Below are positions 25,162 to 34,271 of a stretch of 64,000 nt of DNA, piece after piece. The notes under the pieces are model-generated. The model was not told where the DNA came from and ran no database searches. It saw nothing but the letters and a program-made list of their open reading frames with translations. This DNA is from a virus (taxonomy: Duplodnaviria; Caudoviricetes): positions 1 through 64,000 of IMG/VR virus record IMGVR_UViG_3300045450_000252; one strand, written 5' to 3'. The stretch's first letter is position 1; each line of letters begins with the position of its first letter. Both the position numbers and the translations under genes were made by a program.

Positions 25162-26651
25162 CCGGCTTCTTTATCCCCGCCGCCGGCGAGTGGCTCGACT
25201 TTGCCGGCACCATCGGGCTCGAAATCCGCAGCCCCCTGTTCGACTTTGGCTCCATCCCGGGCGTACTCAGCTACCCGGTTTCCTTCGCTGACTCGCCCGC
25301 CAACCGCCGGCTGCTGGCCTTTCCGGCCGTGCGCGCCCGGCGCGCCGGCCCGGTGCCGGCGGTGGAGGCCGACCTGTACATCGGCGGCAGCCTCTGGCGG
25401 CGCGGCGTGCTTCAGTATAAGGACTTTGATTCGGACAAAGGCGAGTACAGCTACCAATTTCAGGCCGACGCCGACGCCCTTGCCGGGCGCATCCAGGACG
25501 TGCTTTTGTCGGAGCTCGACCTGGGCACGCTGCCCGTGCAGTTGGTGCCCGAAACGGCCGATTACGTGCTGGCCCCGGTGCGCAACACGGCCTTTTATGA
25601 TAAGGACAAGAACGCCGACTGGAACGGCGTAGTCAACTACTACGCCCTGGGCGCGGCCACCCCGGCCACCAATGCCGGCGCGGCCCACCGCTACGCCATT
25701 GTACCCCTGCTGAAGGTGGTGCCGCTGCTGCGGCGCTGCTTCGCCGCGTTCGGCTACGAGGTGAGCGGGGCCTGGCTCGACGATGCCGAAATTCAGCAGC
25801 TGGTGGTGTACGGCCGCACCGCGCTCGACGAGGCTACCGGCAGCGCCGTGGCCAGCCACTTTGACCTAGCCGCCTGCCTGCCCGACGTGCGCCTGGCCGA
25901 GCTGCTGCTCACGCTCCAGCAGCTCTTCGCCCTGGGCTTCGTGTTCAACCCGGTGCACCGGCGCGTGGACATCGTAGCCCTGCGCGACGTGGTAGCCCGC
26001 CCCGGCTACGTGACCCGTACGCCGGGCCGCAGCTACCGCGACGTGGCCAGCGAGGTGGACGGCTTCACGCTCAGCTTCACGGCCGATACCGACGACGAGC
26101 TGCTCAAGTCGTCGGCCTGGCCCGCGTTCCCCATCGGCGGGGGCAAGGAGAAAATCCAGCCGGCGGCCGATACGCTACGCATGGTGCGCGAGGCCGACCC
26201 GCCGGCCGTGCGGCAGTGGCTCGTGCCGGCGGCCGAGCAGGCCGGGCAGTCGGCCCGCACCGACTTCGAGCAAACCGACGTGCGCGCCAGCCAGCTACGG
26301 TTCCTGTTTTACCGGGGCCTCCAGCCCGACTCGACGTCGCACGAGTACCCGCTGGCCAGCGCCGGTACCGTCAACGCCCGCGGCGTGACGGTGGGACAGT
26401 ACGCCCTGGAGTGGGGCGGCCCGGCCGGCCTCTATGCCCAGTGGCATAAGCCCTGGCTCGACTTTCGGGCCAACGCCCGCCTCGAGGAGCGCCCGGTGAA
26501 CCTGACGCTGGGCGAGTTTCTCAGCCTCGACCCCACGCGCAAAGACTTGGTGCAGGGGCTCAAGTTTTTCTGGGAGAGCATCAGCCTCACCGTGGGCGGC
26601 ACCCAGACGCTGGAGCCGGCCACCATTACCTACCACCAGGTAGCCCGCTAG
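25158..26651 (+). CDS. Tail tip/hub-like protein
   Basis: Start ATG 25158 overlaps upstream stop; SPLFD...SYP.SF..SP.N motif. Confidence 0.6.
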   Translation: MTGFFIPAAGEWLDFAGTIGLEIRSPLFDFGSIPGVLSYPVSFADSPANRRLLAFPAVRARRAGPVPAVEADLYIGGSLWRRGVLQYKDFDSDKGEYSYQFQADADALAGRIQDVLLSELDLGTLPVQLVPETADYVLAPVRNTAFYDKDKNADWNGVVNYYALGAATPATNAGAAHRYAIVPLLKVVPLLRRCFAAFGYEVSGAWLDDAEIQQLVVYGRTALDEATGSAVASHFDLAACLPDVRLAELLLTLQQLFALGFVFNPVHRRVDIVALRDVVARPGYVTRTPGRSYRDVASEVDGFTLSFTADTDDELLKSSAWPAFPIGGGKEKIQPAADTLRMVREADPPAVRQWLVPAAEQAGQSARTDFEQTDVRASQLRFLFYRGLQPDSTSHEYPLASAGTVNARGVTVGQYALEWGGPAGLYAQWHKPWLDFRANARLEERPVNLTLGEFLSLDPTRKDLVQGLKFFWESISLTVGGTQTLEPATITYHQVAR

Positions 26652-26654
26652 CCC

Positions 26655-27086
26655 ATGCCCACGCAGTTCGAAACCGTCGAGAAGTGGCTGGAATACACCC
26701 TCGACGACTTGCGCGCCGCCCTGCGCAAATTAAAAATTCAGGATACGGGCCACCTGCTGGCCAGCGTGCAGGGCCACCTGGTGGCCGCCGCCGGCGGCGA
26801 CGTGCAGAAACTCAGCATCGCCTACGCCGCCTACGGCAAGTTCGTGGACATGGGCGTGGGCCGGGGCATGGGGGCGGGCGTGCGCAAGCGCGACAGCGAC
26901 TACGCCCGCATGCGCGACGAGCGCGGCCGCCTGCACCAGCATAGCCGCACGCCCCGGCAATTCTCCAGCAAGGTTATCGGCAAGCAGTCGATGCGCCTGA
27001 GCCTCATTCTCTCCGACTACTACGGCCGCACCACCATCGCCAGCCTCCAGAACGCCCTGCCCGGGCAAGTCACCATCAACCTGTAA
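26655..27086 (+). CDS. Tail/neck hypothetical protein
   Basis: DTGHLLASV, YGKFVDMGVGRG; directly upstream of tape measure. Confidence 0.6.
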   Translation: MPTQFETVEKWLEYTLDDLRAALRKLKIQDTGHLLASVQGHLVAAAGGDVQKLSIAYAAYGKFVDMGVGRGMGAGVRKRDSDYARMRDERGRLHQHSRTPRQFSSKVIGKQSMRLSLILSDYYGRTTIASLQNALPGQVTINL

Positions 27087-27099
27087 TTCATAAGCTATC

Positions 27100-30000
27100 A
27101 TGGCCAACGACACCGAACAACGGACCATCGAGATTATCCTGAAGGCGCAGGATGCCAACGCCAGCCTGAAGGAAATGGCGGCCGGCGCGGCCGTGATGAC
27201 CGCCCAGCTCAACCGCATGGGGGCCGACGACCCCGGCCGGGGCAAGCTGCTCACCGACCTGCAACTGCTCAACGGGCGGCTCCAGGCCCAGCGCGCCGAA
27301 ATGCGCGGCACGGCCCAGTCGGCTGAGCAGCTGGCCGCCGCCCAGGGCGAGCTGGCCCGCAAAAACATGCAGGTCGTGGTGGACGGCCAGAAGGTCAACG
27401 CCACGTTCAACGAGATGAAGGCCAGCGCCAGCCAGCTGGAAAAGGAGCTGAACGACCTCAACCGCGACGACCCCGGCCGGGCCAAGATGCTGGCCGACTA
27501 CAAGGCCCTGGGCGAGCGCATCGAGGAGGTGAAAAACGAGATGGGCCAGACCACCGAGAAAGGCAGCCTGCTGAAGGACGCGCTGGCCTTCGCCGGTGTC
27601 GCCGTGGGGGCCGAGGCCGTGCTGGAGGGTATCAAGGAATTGGGGGCCGAGGTCATCAACACGACCAAGGAGGTGGCCGAGCTGCGGGGCCAGATTAACA
27701 CGCTCACCGGGGCTACCGGCGCGGAGCTCGATGGGCTCACCACGTCGGTGCTGGCGGTGTCGCGCACCTTCGGCAAGGATTTCAACGAGGTGCTGGCCAG
27801 CAGTAACACCCTCTCCAAGCAGATGGGCGTGAGCCAGCAGGAGGCGCTGCGCCTGATTCAGCAGGGGTTTCTGGCCGGGGCCGACGCCGGCGGCGACTTC
27901 CTCGACCAGGTGAAGGAGTACGCCCCGCAGTTCAAGGATGCGGGTTTTGCGGCCCAGGATTTCATCGGCCACATCAGCCAGGCCAGCACCCAGGGCATTT
28001 TTTCCGACAAGGGGGCCGACGTGGTGAAGGAGTTCGGCCTGCGCATCCGCGAGCAGACCAAGGCCACGAGCGAGGCCATGCAGGCCGCGTTCGGTAGCGA
28101 CTTCACCAAGGAAATCTTCGACGGCATCAAGAACGGCTCCATGACCGTGGAGCAGGCCTTGCAGAAAGTGGGCAAGGAGCTGGATGAGACTAAGATTCCG
28201 GCCAACCAACTCCAGACCGTGATTGCTGACGTGTTCGGCGGCCCGGGGGAGGATGCCGGTATCGCCTACCTGAAGTCGCTCAAAAACGTGGGCAAGGGCG
28301 TGGATGAGCTGGTCGATAAAACCAACGCCTACACCCAGCGCCAGGCCGCGCTGCTCGACTCGCAGACCGAGCTGGCCGAGGCCCAGAACGAGCTCACGAA
28401 GCAATTCGAGGGCGGCGGCACCATCCTCGACACACTTACCAACAAGAGCATGACGGTGCTCTACACCCTGCTGGCCAGCCTGGGCACCACGTTCAAGGAG
28501 CTGTTCCAGCCGGTGCAGGAAATCTGGCAATCGCTCACCGGCCTGGCCGAGGCAATGGGCTGGGTGAGCACCAAAACGCTCACGGCCAAGTCGGCCGGGG
28601 AGCTGCTGGGCAACGTGGTGCACTTCATGCTCACCAACACCCGCGTGCTCGTGGGCGTGCTGGCCGAGGTGGTGAAGGCCACGGTGGAGTGGGCCAAAAC
28701 CAGTGACAACGCCCGGGGCTACTTGCAGCTCGTGGCCGCGCCTGTGCGGGTGCTGTTCGACCTGCTCAGCAACGGGCCGGCCTATTTTCAGGGCTTCTCG
28801 GCCGCCGCAGAGGCGAGCTTCGGGGCGCTGGGCCGGGCCTGGAAAAAGGTGAAGGAGGGCGACTTCAGCGGGGCCAAGCAGGAATTCACCAACCTGGGCC
28901 AGACGGCGGGCGAGGCCTACCGCCTGGCCTTTGCCGCCGCCAGCGCCCGGAAAGCGGCGGCAGCGGCCGCCACGGCCAGCGCCGGCGACGAGCCGGGCGA
29001 GAAGCGCGCCCAGGGCGGCGACGGCATCACCGATGCCGACCGCCAGAAAGCGGCCGAAAAAGCCAAAAAAGACCGCGAAAAGGCGGAGAAGGAAGCAAAA
29101 GCCGCCCGCGACAAAGCCGACCAGGCCCACCTCGACGACCTCAAAATGTGGGTAAAAGAGGAGGGGGGCCTCCTCGACCAGCGCAACGTGTTGCGGGCGC
29201 AGCGCGAGCGCCAGGCTCAGACCGACGAAGAAATGCGCCGCGAGCTCGAGCGCCAGAAGCTGTTCGACGAGGCCGATAAAAAGACCGAGGCCCTCACCGG
29301 CAAGGAGGCCGACTACACCGAGCGGGTGGCCGCCATCATGGAGGAGCGCGACCTGCGCCTGCGCGAGCTGCAAGCCAGGTTCAACGAGCAGGACGAGCAG
29401 GAGCGCCAGAAAAAGCTGGAGGAGAAGCTGGCCGGCATCGAGGCCGACGAGGCCGAGGATGCGGCCCTGCTGGAAAACAAGCGGGCCTGGGGCCTGCTCT
29501 CCGAGCAGGAATACCAGGACCAACTCTACGCCCTCAAACGGGACGCGCTGGAGAAGCAGTTGCAGCTGCTCGTCACTGCCGGCAAGGGCGAAACCGACGC
29601 AGCCAAGAAAATCAGTACCCAACTCGTGCAAAACGAGACCGACCGCATCAAGAAGGAAAAGGCGCTGAAAGATGACCTCAAGGCCTTCGACCTGAAGATG
29701 CAGGCCGGGGGAGCTACGCTGCTGAAGGAAAGTCTCCAGCTCGTAGAGGATAATCTGGACAAGAAGAGTGCGGCCTATCAGCTATTCAAAGCCGCCCGCA
29801 AAACAGCGGAATTAGCTGAGATTGGCATCAACCTGGCGGCCGAAATGCAGGCCAACGCCAAGGCCTCCTCCGAAAACCCGCTCAACGGTATCACAGGCGG
29901 CGCGGCCGGGGCCACGCAGCTGGCCATCGCCAACGGCCTGGCCATCGCCCGCTCGGTGGCCGCCGGCATCAAGATTGCCGCCTTCGCCAAGGGCGGCCGC

Positions 30001-30456
30001 ACCGACCAGCTGCTGAATAATATGCTGCCGCTTTCCTCCCTGGCGGGCCTGCTCACCGGAGCCAGCGGGGGTAGCTTCGCCGGCGGCGGCCCGGTGGAGC
30101 AGAGTACCATCGGTCTCATCGGCGAGGCCGGCCCCGAGCTCGTGATTCCCAACTGGCTCTACAGCGACCCCAAGCAGGCCAACCTGATGGGCTTCCTCGA
30201 GGCGCAGATTGCCAGCCGGGGCAATGCCTTCGCCACCGGTGGCTCCACCACGGGCACCAGCGCGGTGGCCAGCCCCGCCGCCGAAGATGATGGTGCCGTA
30301 GTCTCGTTGCTCCAGCAGTTAGTGCAGGGGCAACGGGAGTTTCGGGAGGAACTCAATCAGTGGCCCGACCGACTGGAGGTCGGCCTTGACCTACCGGGCC
30401 TGAGCAAGAAGCTCGATACCGTGAAGCAAGTGAAGACGGGCGGCGGCCTTCGCTAA
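27100..30456 (+). CDS. Tail tape measure protein
   Basis: 1118 aa, helical/coiled-coil, phage minor-tail-like core, C-terminal FA.GG motifs. Confidence 0.9.
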   Translation: MANDTEQRTIEIILKAQDANASLKEMAAGAAVMTAQLNRMGADDPGRGKLLTDLQLLNGRLQAQRAEMRGTAQSAEQLAAAQGELARKNMQVVVDGQKVNATFNEMKASASQLEKELNDLNRDDPGRAKMLADYKALGERIEEVKNEMGQTTEKGSLLKDALAFAGVAVGAEAVLEGIKELGAEVINTTKEVAELRGQINTLTGATGAELDGLTTSVLAVSRTFGKDFNEVLASSNTLSKQMGVSQQEALRLIQQGFLAGADAGGDFLDQVKEYAPQFKDAGFAAQDFIGHISQASTQGIFSDKGADVVKEFGLRIREQTKATSEAMQAAFGSDFTKEIFDGIKNGSMTVEQALQKVGKELDETKIPANQLQTVIADVFGGPGEDAGIAYLKSLKNVGKGVDELVDKTNAYTQRQAALLDSQTELAEAQNELTKQFEGGGTILDTLTNKSMTVLYTLLASLGTTFKELFQPVQEIWQSLTGLAEAMGWVSTKTLTAKSAGELLGNVVHFMLTNTRVLVGVLAEVVKATVEWAKTSDNARGYLQLVAAPVRVLFDLLSNGPAYFQGFSAAAEASFGALGRAWKKVKEGDFSGAKQEFTNLGQTAGEAYRLAFAAASARKAAAAAATASAGDEPGEKRAQGGDGITDADRQKAAEKAKKDREKAEKEAKAARDKADQAHLDDLKMWVKEEGGLLDQRNVLRAQRERQAQTDEEMRRELERQKLFDEADKKTEALTGKEADYTERVAAIMEERDLRLRELQARFNEQDEQERQKKLEEKLAGIEADEAEDAALLENKRAWGLLSEQEYQDQLYALKRDALEKQLQLLVTAGKGETDAAKKISTQLVQNETDRIKKEKALKDDLKAFDLKMQAGGATLLKESLQLVEDNLDKKSAAYQLFKAARKTAELAEIGINLAAEMQANAKASSENPLNGITGGAAGATQLAIANGLAIARSVAAGIKIAAFAKGGRTDQLLNNMLPLSSLAGLLTGASGGSFAGGGPVEQSTIGLIGEAGPELVIPNWLYSDPKQANLMGFLEAQIASRGNAFATGGSTTGTSAVASPAAEDDGAVVSLLQQLVQGQREFREELNQWPDRLEVGLDLPGLSKKLDTVKQVKTGGGLR

Positions 30457-30457
30457 G

Positions 30458-30489
30458 AAAAAAGCCCGGCCAATCGGCCGGGCTTTTTT
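30458..30489 (+). terminator. Bidirectional terminator at P1 right end
   Basis: AAAAAAGCCCGGCC-AATC-GGCCGGGCTTTTTT. Confidence 0.88.
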
Positions 30490-30500
30490 GTGCCGTCGCT

Positions 30501-30624
30501 TAGTCCACAGAAGGGAGGTTTAGTAGTCCACAAAAGGGTGTTGAAAAACGGCCCCGAAAAACTGCGTTTTCGATGGTGTAAAGGCGGTTTGCAAAACCAT
30601 CCACAAAAGACCCGTTTTGTGGAT
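30501..30624. repeat. TCCACA(A/G)AAG repeats, candidate attR arm sites of P1
   Basis: TAGTCCACAGAAGGG 30501, TAGTCCACAAAAGGG 30524, ATCCACAAAA 30599, inverted TTTTGTGGAT 30615. Confidence 0.55.
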
Positions 30625-30657
30625 GATACTTGGGGGCACCTATTAGTTAGCGTCGGC

Positions 30658-30665
30658 TACATTTG
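30658..30665 (+). promoter_or_regulatory. Bacteroidota -7 promoter element
   Basis: TACATTTG matches TAnnTTTG, 37 bp upstream of ATG 30702. Confidence 0.45.
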
Positions 30666-30701
30666 AGTGCTTAACACTACTTGCTACCCATCTGCCATCT
30701 T

Positions 30702-31448
30702 ATGAAATATTACGTAGGAACTGCTCTTTGCTTCATCAGTTGGGCTAGCCATGCCCAAACGCAGCTCCCGGCTTTTCCTCCAACAGCTTCCCCTAACCAA
30801 GCTATCCCGCTGGGCCAAAACCCGGGTAGCCCTGTAGCGTACCCCGACCTGCTTGTGACGCGTACGCGTCTGGGCGTAAAAGTCGGGGGAGCAATGACTA
30901 CCAAGATAGGCGATTTGCTCACGGCTCCGGCCACCAAGCTGTTAGCTGGGGGCGTAGCGGGCGTCTACCAACTTGTGCCGCTGAGCCAGCGCAGGGGCCG
31001 TCAGCGGGTACAATTCTATTTTCAGCCCGAACTACTGTTTAGTATGCAGGGCTTTCGGCTTGAGAATGTCCCCACCCAATACGAAGCGCGGATTCGTTCC
31101 TATTACGCCTGTCTCCCTCTGCTGGTGACGGCCAGCTGGAAGGGCTTGTTGGTGCAGGCGGGCGTGCAAGGAGGGTACATGCTAAGCGTTTCCGAGCGCT
31201 ACGACTTCAGCCTCCCCACCCCAGGGGTTGGCTATAGCTACGATACCTCTGTTTATCAGCGGAAGGAAATCGCTTACGTGGTAGGTGCCGGCTATCGCTT
31301 GCCGCAGGGGCTGGGACTGGAGGTGCGGTACATAGCTGGCCTTACAGACTTGTATGACAAGAATGGAAGAAGCCTTTACGCGCTCTATACCAACCAGCAC
31401 AACGCGGGCGTGCAAGTACAGTTGAGCTATCCGTTATTAAAAAAGTAA
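30702..31448 (+). CDS. Outer-membrane beta-barrel (porin-family/PorT-like) protein
   Basis: Signal peptide, GVKVGG, FQPELLFS.QG, GLEVRY..GL, terminal YPLLKK. Confidence 0.8.
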   Translation: MKYYVGTALCFISWASHAQTQLPAFPPTASPNQAIPLGQNPGSPVAYPDLLVTRTRLGVKVGGAMTTKIGDLLTAPATKLLAGGVAGVYQLVPLSQRRGRQRVQFYFQPELLFSMQGFRLENVPTQYEARIRSYYACLPLLVTASWKGLLVQAGVQGGYMLSVSERYDFSLPTPGVGYSYDTSVYQRKEIAYVVGAGYRLPQGLGLEVRYIAGLTDLYDKNGRSLYALYTNQHNAGVQVQLSYPLLKK

Positions 31449-31452
31449 GACC

Positions 31453-32031
31453 ATGCGCGTTGCTATCTACGCCCGCGTCTCGACCAAAGATAAAGGCCAG
31501 TCCACCGATAACCAACTGCCCGACCTGCGCCGCCATGCCCAAGCTCACGGCTGGAACATATACAAGGAGTACTCCGAAGAGGAGTCGGGCGGCACGGCCA
31601 ACCGCACTGAGTTCAAGAAGCTCTTCAGCGATGCCCACCAGCGCAAGTTCGACCTCGTGCTGTTCTGGAGCCTCGACCGCTTCAGCCGCGAGGGGGCCAG
31701 CGCGACGCTTCAGCACCTCAATACCCTGGAGAGCTACGGCGTGGGCTTCAAGTCCTACACTGAGCAGTACCTCGATAGTACCGGCATTTTTAAGGAGGCC
31801 GTCATTTCCATCTTGGCGACAGTGGCCAAGCAGGAGCGCGTGCGCCTAAGCGAGCGCACTCGCGCCGGCATCGAGCGAGCTAGGGGCAAGGGCACGAAGC
31901 TGGGCAAGCCCGGCCTGGAGCAGGAGCAGGTCGAGCAGATACGCCGGCTGAAGGGTGGGGGCCTGTCGAACTACGCCATCAGCAAGGCGCTGAAGCTATC
32001 TGCCACAACGGTGGCCAAGTATGTGGGATAA
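31453..32031 (+). CDS. Serine recombinase (resolvase/invertase family)
   Basis: YARVST catalytic Ser, LDRFSR, ERTRAG, C-terminal HTH. Confidence 0.93.
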   Translation: MRVAIYARVSTKDKGQSTDNQLPDLRRHAQAHGWNIYKEYSEEESGGTANRTEFKKLFSDAHQRKFDLVLFWSLDRFSREGASATLQHLNTLESYGVGFKSYTEQYLDSTGIFKEAVISILATVAKQERVRLSERTRAGIERARGKGTKLGKPGLEQEQVEQIRRLKGGGLSNYAISKALKLSATTVAKYVG

Positions 32032-32142
32032 CTACTTACGCAGTGTTTGAGCCGCCGCAAGATTGCCGAGGCCACCGGCGTGTCGGTGGGTACGGTGCAG
32101 AACTACCTTGCGGCCAGCCCTCTCCGTCTAGGAGAGGGGTAG
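32032..32142 (+). pseudogene. Second recombinase-type HTH fragment in frame after the stop
   Basis: LSRRKIAEATGVSVGTVQNYLAAS follows TAA 32029..32031 in the same frame. Confidence 0.6.
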
Positions 32143-33675
32143 GCGCACCTGCACTTGGGTGCCCTGGCCTAGGGCGGAATCCAGGCGCACCAGGCCGCCG
32201 AGCGAGGCCCTGCGGCTGCGTAAGGTTTTCATCCCCAAGCCCTCTTGTACAGTAACTGGGTCAAAGCCCCGGCCATTGTCTTCTACCCGTAGCACGACCC
32301 AGTCAGGCAGCAGCTCGACCTCCAACGTAGACTCGCTGGCCTGGGCATGACGGGCCACGTTGTGGGCCAGGCCCTGCGCCAGCCGGTACACGGCCAACTG
32401 CAAATACTTGGGCAGCGGCACGGCTGCGTCCAGGTCGATGCGGCAGTGCCAGCGCAGATGGGGTACGTGCAGCTGCTGGCAGATAGTTTCCAGCGCCACC
32501 TGTAAGCCAAAGTCTTCCAGCATAATGGGGCTTAGCTCGTGCGAGAGCACGCGCGTCTGGCGGATGGCGTCGGTGAGTAGGCGAATGGCCTCGCGACGAA
32601 CAGGCTCCACAGGCGACACGGGCAGGCATTCGAGTTGGAGCTTGGTGGCAAACAGCAGCTGGCCCAACCCGTCGTGCAGGCTTGCGGCAATACGCCGGCG
32701 CTCTTCTTCCTGGCCCAGCTGCACGGCCTCGAACAGGGCTTGCTGCTGCTCGCGTTCGCGCAGGACTCTTTCGGCGCGGGCGCGCTCTGCCGTCGCCCAG
32801 GTGCGCTCGGCCACTTCCTCGACTAAGTGTACTTCCGCCACCGTCCACTGGCGCGGCGTCAGGCTGTGCACGGCCAGCGTGGCCACCCACTGGCCAGCCT
32901 TCACCAAGGGTACCGTGAGGTAGGCCTGGATGCGAGCCTGCCGCAGCACCTGACGCTCGATTGTCGTAATCGAGTCGTCGGTTTCGATGTCGTGCACTAC
33001 CTGCACGATGCCCGCCCGGTGGGTGGCCGTGAGCCGCTCGCCAAAGTCGGGCGAGTAAAAGCGGCCGACCATCGCGGGCAGCCCGTCGCCGTAGCCTTGG
33101 TGAATCACCACATAGTCGCCCTCGGTTTCGCCATAATGCACTTGGTTGGCACCTAAGTGCTGGCCGAGCAGGCGGGCGGCTACGGTTTGTATTTCCCCCG
33201 CATCGAAAAGGGGGCGCAGCGCGTCGGCCAACGCCAGCCGGAACATGTGGTGCCGCTCGGCGTGCTGGCGGGCGGTGATGTCGGTGAACAGCAAGGCCAC
33301 TTGGTGGCTGCTCGGCGGGCCGGTGGGCAGCGCGTGCACCTCGTACCAGCGGTTGCTGGCGTGCCACGCGCGCTGCTGCACCTGGGCGGCCTGCCCGGTG
33401 CGCGCCACCTCGCCCAGCACCTCGTACCAGTAGGCTTCGTGCGCGGGGGCCAGCTCACGCATGGTACGCCCCACGGGGTTCGCCAGCCCGGTTTGCTGCG
33501 TGAAGGCGGGGTTGATTTCCAGAAAGCGATAGTCCACGGCCGTGCCGTGCGTATCGAAGAGCACTTCTAGTAGGCAAAACGCCTGGGGCAAGTGATGCAG
33601 AATGGCCCGGTAACGGTCGTCCACGAAAGGCGTCAGGCTTTGCCAGCCCTCAGGGCTATGAGACTCAGGAAGCAT
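32128..33675 (-). CDS. PAS-GAF sensor histidine kinase (HisKA_3 type)
   Basis: PAS-like N-terminus, GAF, EEERRRIAASLHDGLGQLL, NVARHA, DNGRGF, GQGT. Confidence 0.9.
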   Translation of the reverse strand: MLPESHSPEGWQSLTPFVDDRYRAILHHLPQAFCLLEVLFDTHGTAVDYRFLEINPAFTQQTGLANPVGRTMRELAPAHEAYWYEVLGEVARTGQAAQVQQRAWHASNRWYEVHALPTGPPSSHQVALLFTDITARQHAERHHMFRLALADALRPLFDAGEIQTVAARLLGQHLGANQVHYGETEGDYVVIHQGYGDGLPAMVGRFYSPDFGERLTATHRAGIVQVVHDIETDDSITTIERQVLRQARIQAYLTVPLVKAGQWVATLAVHSLTPRQWTVAEVHLVEEVAERTWATAERARAERVLREREQQQALFEAVQLGQEEERRRIAASLHDGLGQLLFATKLQLECLPVSPVEPVRREAIRLLTDAIRQTRVLSHELSPIMLEDFGLQVALETICQQLHVPHLRWHCRIDLDAAVPLPKYLQLAVYRLAQGLAHNVARHAQASESTLEVELLPDWVVLRVEDNGRGFDPVTVQEGLGMKTLRSRRASLGGLVRLDSALGQGTQVQVRLPLS

Positions 33676-33849
33676 AGGTAGGGAAAGCAGGTAGCTAGGT
33701 TATACAGGCACCCTTGGCCGGGGCAGCCCAATAAAGAAAGTAGTGCCGTGGCCCTGCTGGCTTTCACACCAACTGCGCCCTTCATCATGAACGGCAAGGT
33801 GGTACTACAAAGTTGTACAATCTTCGATGGTCTTGCTTTATTTGTGAGA

Positions 33850-34008
33850 ATGAAGCACTTCCTGCCCACCCTCACCCTGTTGCTGGCCCTGGCCGGCACC
33901 TCCTTAGCCGCGCCCCCGCGCCCGGCTGCGCCAGTGGCCGCCGCCCCGGCCCGCCCCACGGCCACCGTGTACGTGTGCATGAGCAAAACGCCAATAATTG
34001 TGAGATAA
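33850..34008 (+). pseudogene. Truncated small secreted protein gene
   Basis: Signal peptide, PA-rich linker, VYVCMSK, then abrupt AT-rich junction and stop. Confidence 0.55.
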
Positions 34009-34038
34009 CAAGCCGAACAGCCCCACTTATAGATTAAG

Positions 34039-34271
34039 CTGCCCCTAAATCTGCCCCTACTTTTGAGAAAAAGCTTCTTAATCGCGTTTAAAAGGGGTAT
34101 GATTGTTACCGGGTGGCGCGGCCTTTTTTTATGCCCATACTTTTCTGACGCACCTAAAATGCCCTTGCAGGACCGCCAGGGCACATTGCCCGCGTCAGGC
34201 TGCGTCAGACTTGGGCAGCTTGAAGGTGGGTTTGCCACCCTTTTCTGCCACCCTTTTTTCGAGGGGTGGCA
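34039..34271. repeat. Integrase arm-type-like repeats (attL region of P2)
   Basis: CTGCCCCTA at 34039 and 34051; TGCCACCCTTTT at 34233 and 34246; inverted GGGTGGC at 34111 and 34264. Confidence 0.6.

Larger units (their letters stand above)
1..30630 (+). mobile_element. Prophage 1 (temperate siphovirus-like; left end outside window)
   Basis: Contiguous co-oriented early, replication, head, packaging, lysis, tail and tape-measure genes; ends in a terminator and att-like repeats. Confidence 0.93.

Noticed and set aside
27088-29631. Long antisense ORFs (also 15174..16916, 23110..25146, 36376..37431, 56736..58244, 59885..61192)
   Set aside because: Shadow frames of GC-rich genes with recognisable motifs on the opposite strand
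34133-34167. Tenth late-promoter copy (TTTTTTTATGCCCATA...TGCCCTTG)
   Set aside because: Three mismatches in the GTCCTTT box, poor -7 element and no sense gene downstream
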